Notes under the pieces: generated by a model
What the model was told of the DNA's origin: nothing
What the model saw: only the letters and a program-made list of their open reading frames with translations
Databases searched by the model: none
Made by a program: the position numbers and the translations under genes
Source: Acidilobaceae archaeon
Lineage (GTDB): Archaea; Thermoproteota; Thermoprotei_A; Sulfolobales; Acidilobaceae
Reading direction: 5' to 3'
Assembly (NCBI GenBank): GCA_026986415.1
Contig: JALSOR010000005.1
Span: forward strand, 1-63,599
DNA length: 63,599 bases
Shown here: piece by piece, positions 62,034-63,599 of the stretch
How the letters are laid out: each line of letters opens with the position of its first letter
Numbering within the stretch: position 1 is the stretch's first letter

Positions 62034-62913
62034 GTCTTCAGTAAACGGTGCTACAGGCCTATTCCTGGTCAAAGGGTACTTGCACCCTATTGAGGGTTAT
62101 ATTGCCGTTCCGTATGGGCGTGGACCGTTATGTTTTGGAGGTGGCGGGCATTGGGAGGGTTGGCGTTTTATACCATGCATCTCAAGATACGCATTTATAT
62201 TAAAAATAAATAATATAATAAAATATTTTGATCCATGGAGGGTTTATGCCCTAAGAAGCAAAGACCTCCCAGAACAAATACGGAGGTTTATAGAGATTCT
62301 CGGCCCAAACAAGGCAGGCCTTACAGGTTCCTGGGCGATCGGATGTGAGACCCCCGAGGAAAGCGACGTCGACATAATCCTGTACGGTAATCCAGTCAAT
62401 ATAAAGAAAAAATTATTATATTTATTTAAAAAAGGTTTAATAAAACAATGTAATATTGATAGGATAATAAGCAAACGAAAAGAGAGAACCGATATAGGGA
62501 TCGACGAATTACACATAGCGGGAAGCCTCACAGAATCCTGCTTCAACGGGACAAGCTATACTCTTAGGATAATAACAAGAACCGCGCCCCTACCGTGCGA
62601 GCAAACACAGCCATTACAGTGGAGCATGGGAAGGGTGGAGATAAGGGGATATCTTACCACGCAAAGCTATGCTTCCGATATTACTGTTCCCGCCCGCTAC
62701 AGGATAGAGCCTCTTGACCATAGCGTTAGAAATACTATAATTATCCTGGAAACGTGGAGGACCAGGTACCAGTCATTGAAGCCTGGAGAGTACATTATTA
62801 GAGGAGATGCTTTTCTCGCTAGGAATGGCAGCTTGACAATAGTCTCGCCCGATATTAATGGGTGCATCTGTAGGACGTCGTGGGAGAATGGAAATGGATA
62901 CGAGCTTATGTAA
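62002..62913 (+). CDS. Putative nucleotidyltransferase (Pol-beta superfamily, COG1665-like)
   Basis: GLTGSWAIG....SDVDIILYG; ATG follows AGGAGG. Confidence 0.75.
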   Translation: MRGCVDGCIVESSVNGATGLFLVKGYLHPIEGYIAVPYGRGPLCFGGGGHWEGWRFIPCISRYAFILKINNIIKYFDPWRVYALRSKDLPEQIRRFIEILGPNKAGLTGSWAIGCETPEESDVDIILYGNPVNIKKKLLYLFKKGLIKQCNIDRIISKRKERTDIGIDELHIAGSLTESCFNGTSYTLRIITRTAPLPCEQTQPLQWSMGRVEIRGYLTTQSYASDITVPARYRIEPLDHSVRNTIIILETWRTRYQSLKPGEYIIRGDAFLARNGSLTIVSPDINGCICRTSWENGNGYELM

Positions 62914-63599
62914 GTATGGGGCCCTAATGCTCACTAGAGATCTAGTTGTAGTTGAAAGCCTTGGACTACCTTTTATTGACGACTACTGTATTGTTATGCC
63001 AAAATATGTGTATCATAGCTCTGGCGGGCCTTGGGTTCATCGGCATTCCAACCTTAGATTTAGAAGGATAATCAGTGGTTACGGCCCGAAAGGTCTTAGT
63101 AGGGCTGTAGAATTGTCTAGAATTAGAAAAATTAATGATAATTTATATAATTATAATATTCCAATTATAAATTATAATGATATAATATTATATATTGATC
63201 CTCGTGAAGCACTATTAGATATCGTGAACTCTCCAGAAACGCCCTATGAAGTATATGCTGCACTAGCCATCGAAGCAATTGTCAGAGTAGCCAATATACG
63301 TTCTGGCGAGATAGGGCTTACAGGGTCCTACGCGGGCCGGTATTACCATGAAAACTCGGATATAGATCTTGTAGCTTACGGTTATGAAGTAAAAAAATTA
63401 TATAATATTTTTCATAAAATAGATAATAATATAATACCGTATACTGTAGGAAAAGAGTTCCTTGGAGGAATAACGGTCACACCGCCAATAGACCTCTCAT
63501 GGCGGCGGGGACAAGTCCGTATTGGTAGCAGAACAATCGGTATCACATGGATAGGCGCGCCCGAGGAGCCCGGCAGTCATTGTCCTCCCATAAGAAATT
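62888..63599 (+). CDS. Second putative nucleotidyltransferase paralog (runs off window)
   Basis: Not in the ORF track; translated by hand as MEMDTSLCKYG...IDPRE...IGLTGSYAGRYYHENSDIDLVAYG. Confidence 0.75.
   Translation, partial: MEMDTSLCKYGALMLTRDLVVVESLGLPFIDDYCIVMPKYVYHSSGGPWVHRHSNLRFRRIISGYGPKGLSRAVELSRIRKINDNLYNYNIPIINYNDIILYIDPREALLDIVNSPETPYEVYAALAIEAIVRVANIRSGEIGLTGSYAGRYYHENSDIDLVAYGYEVKKLYNIFHKIDNNIIPYTVGKEFLGGITVTPPIDLSWRRGQVRIGSRTIGITWIGAPEEPGSHCPPIRN

Overview
This is a gene-dense stretch of core archaeal chromosome, most consistent with Thermoproteota (Desulfurococcales/Aeropyrum-like). The markers are Rpo8, SmAP3, WhiP, a CdvB-type ESCRT-III, Nre, AglB and frequent GTG/TTG starts. 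From left to right it holds: peptide-fermentation and energy genes (IorA, ETF, 2-oxoacid:ferredoxin oxidoreductase, PEP synthase); the secY-adk-L34e-cmk-L14e cluster with tRNA-Leu(CAG); a crenarchaeal information-processing cluster (Cgi121, Urm1-like, S17e, thermosome, HerA/CedD-like ATPase, Rpo8, SmAP3, TgtA, PAC2, PAN, MBF1, HflX, Trm56, TFE, orphan C5 methyltransferase, Nre, WhiP); arginine catabolism genes; AglB, SerRS, GlyA and Phi; and two tandem nucleotidyltransferase-like genes. I saw no CRISPR array, integrase or transposase. The most notable observations are: (1) sharply bounded, nearly pure A/T islands inside otherwise mid-GC genes; (2) an Urm1/SAMP-like domain fused through an internal Gly-Gly to a purine phosphoribosyltransferase; (3) a candidate replication origin beside whiP; (4) unannotated H/ACA and C/D guide RNAs, one possibly with three guides; (5) a +1 frameshift at CCC-UUU-CGA in a radical SAM gene; (6) an arginine synthetase (ArcE)-type pathway. 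All gene calls come from motif recognition and recalled family knowledge, not from database searches.
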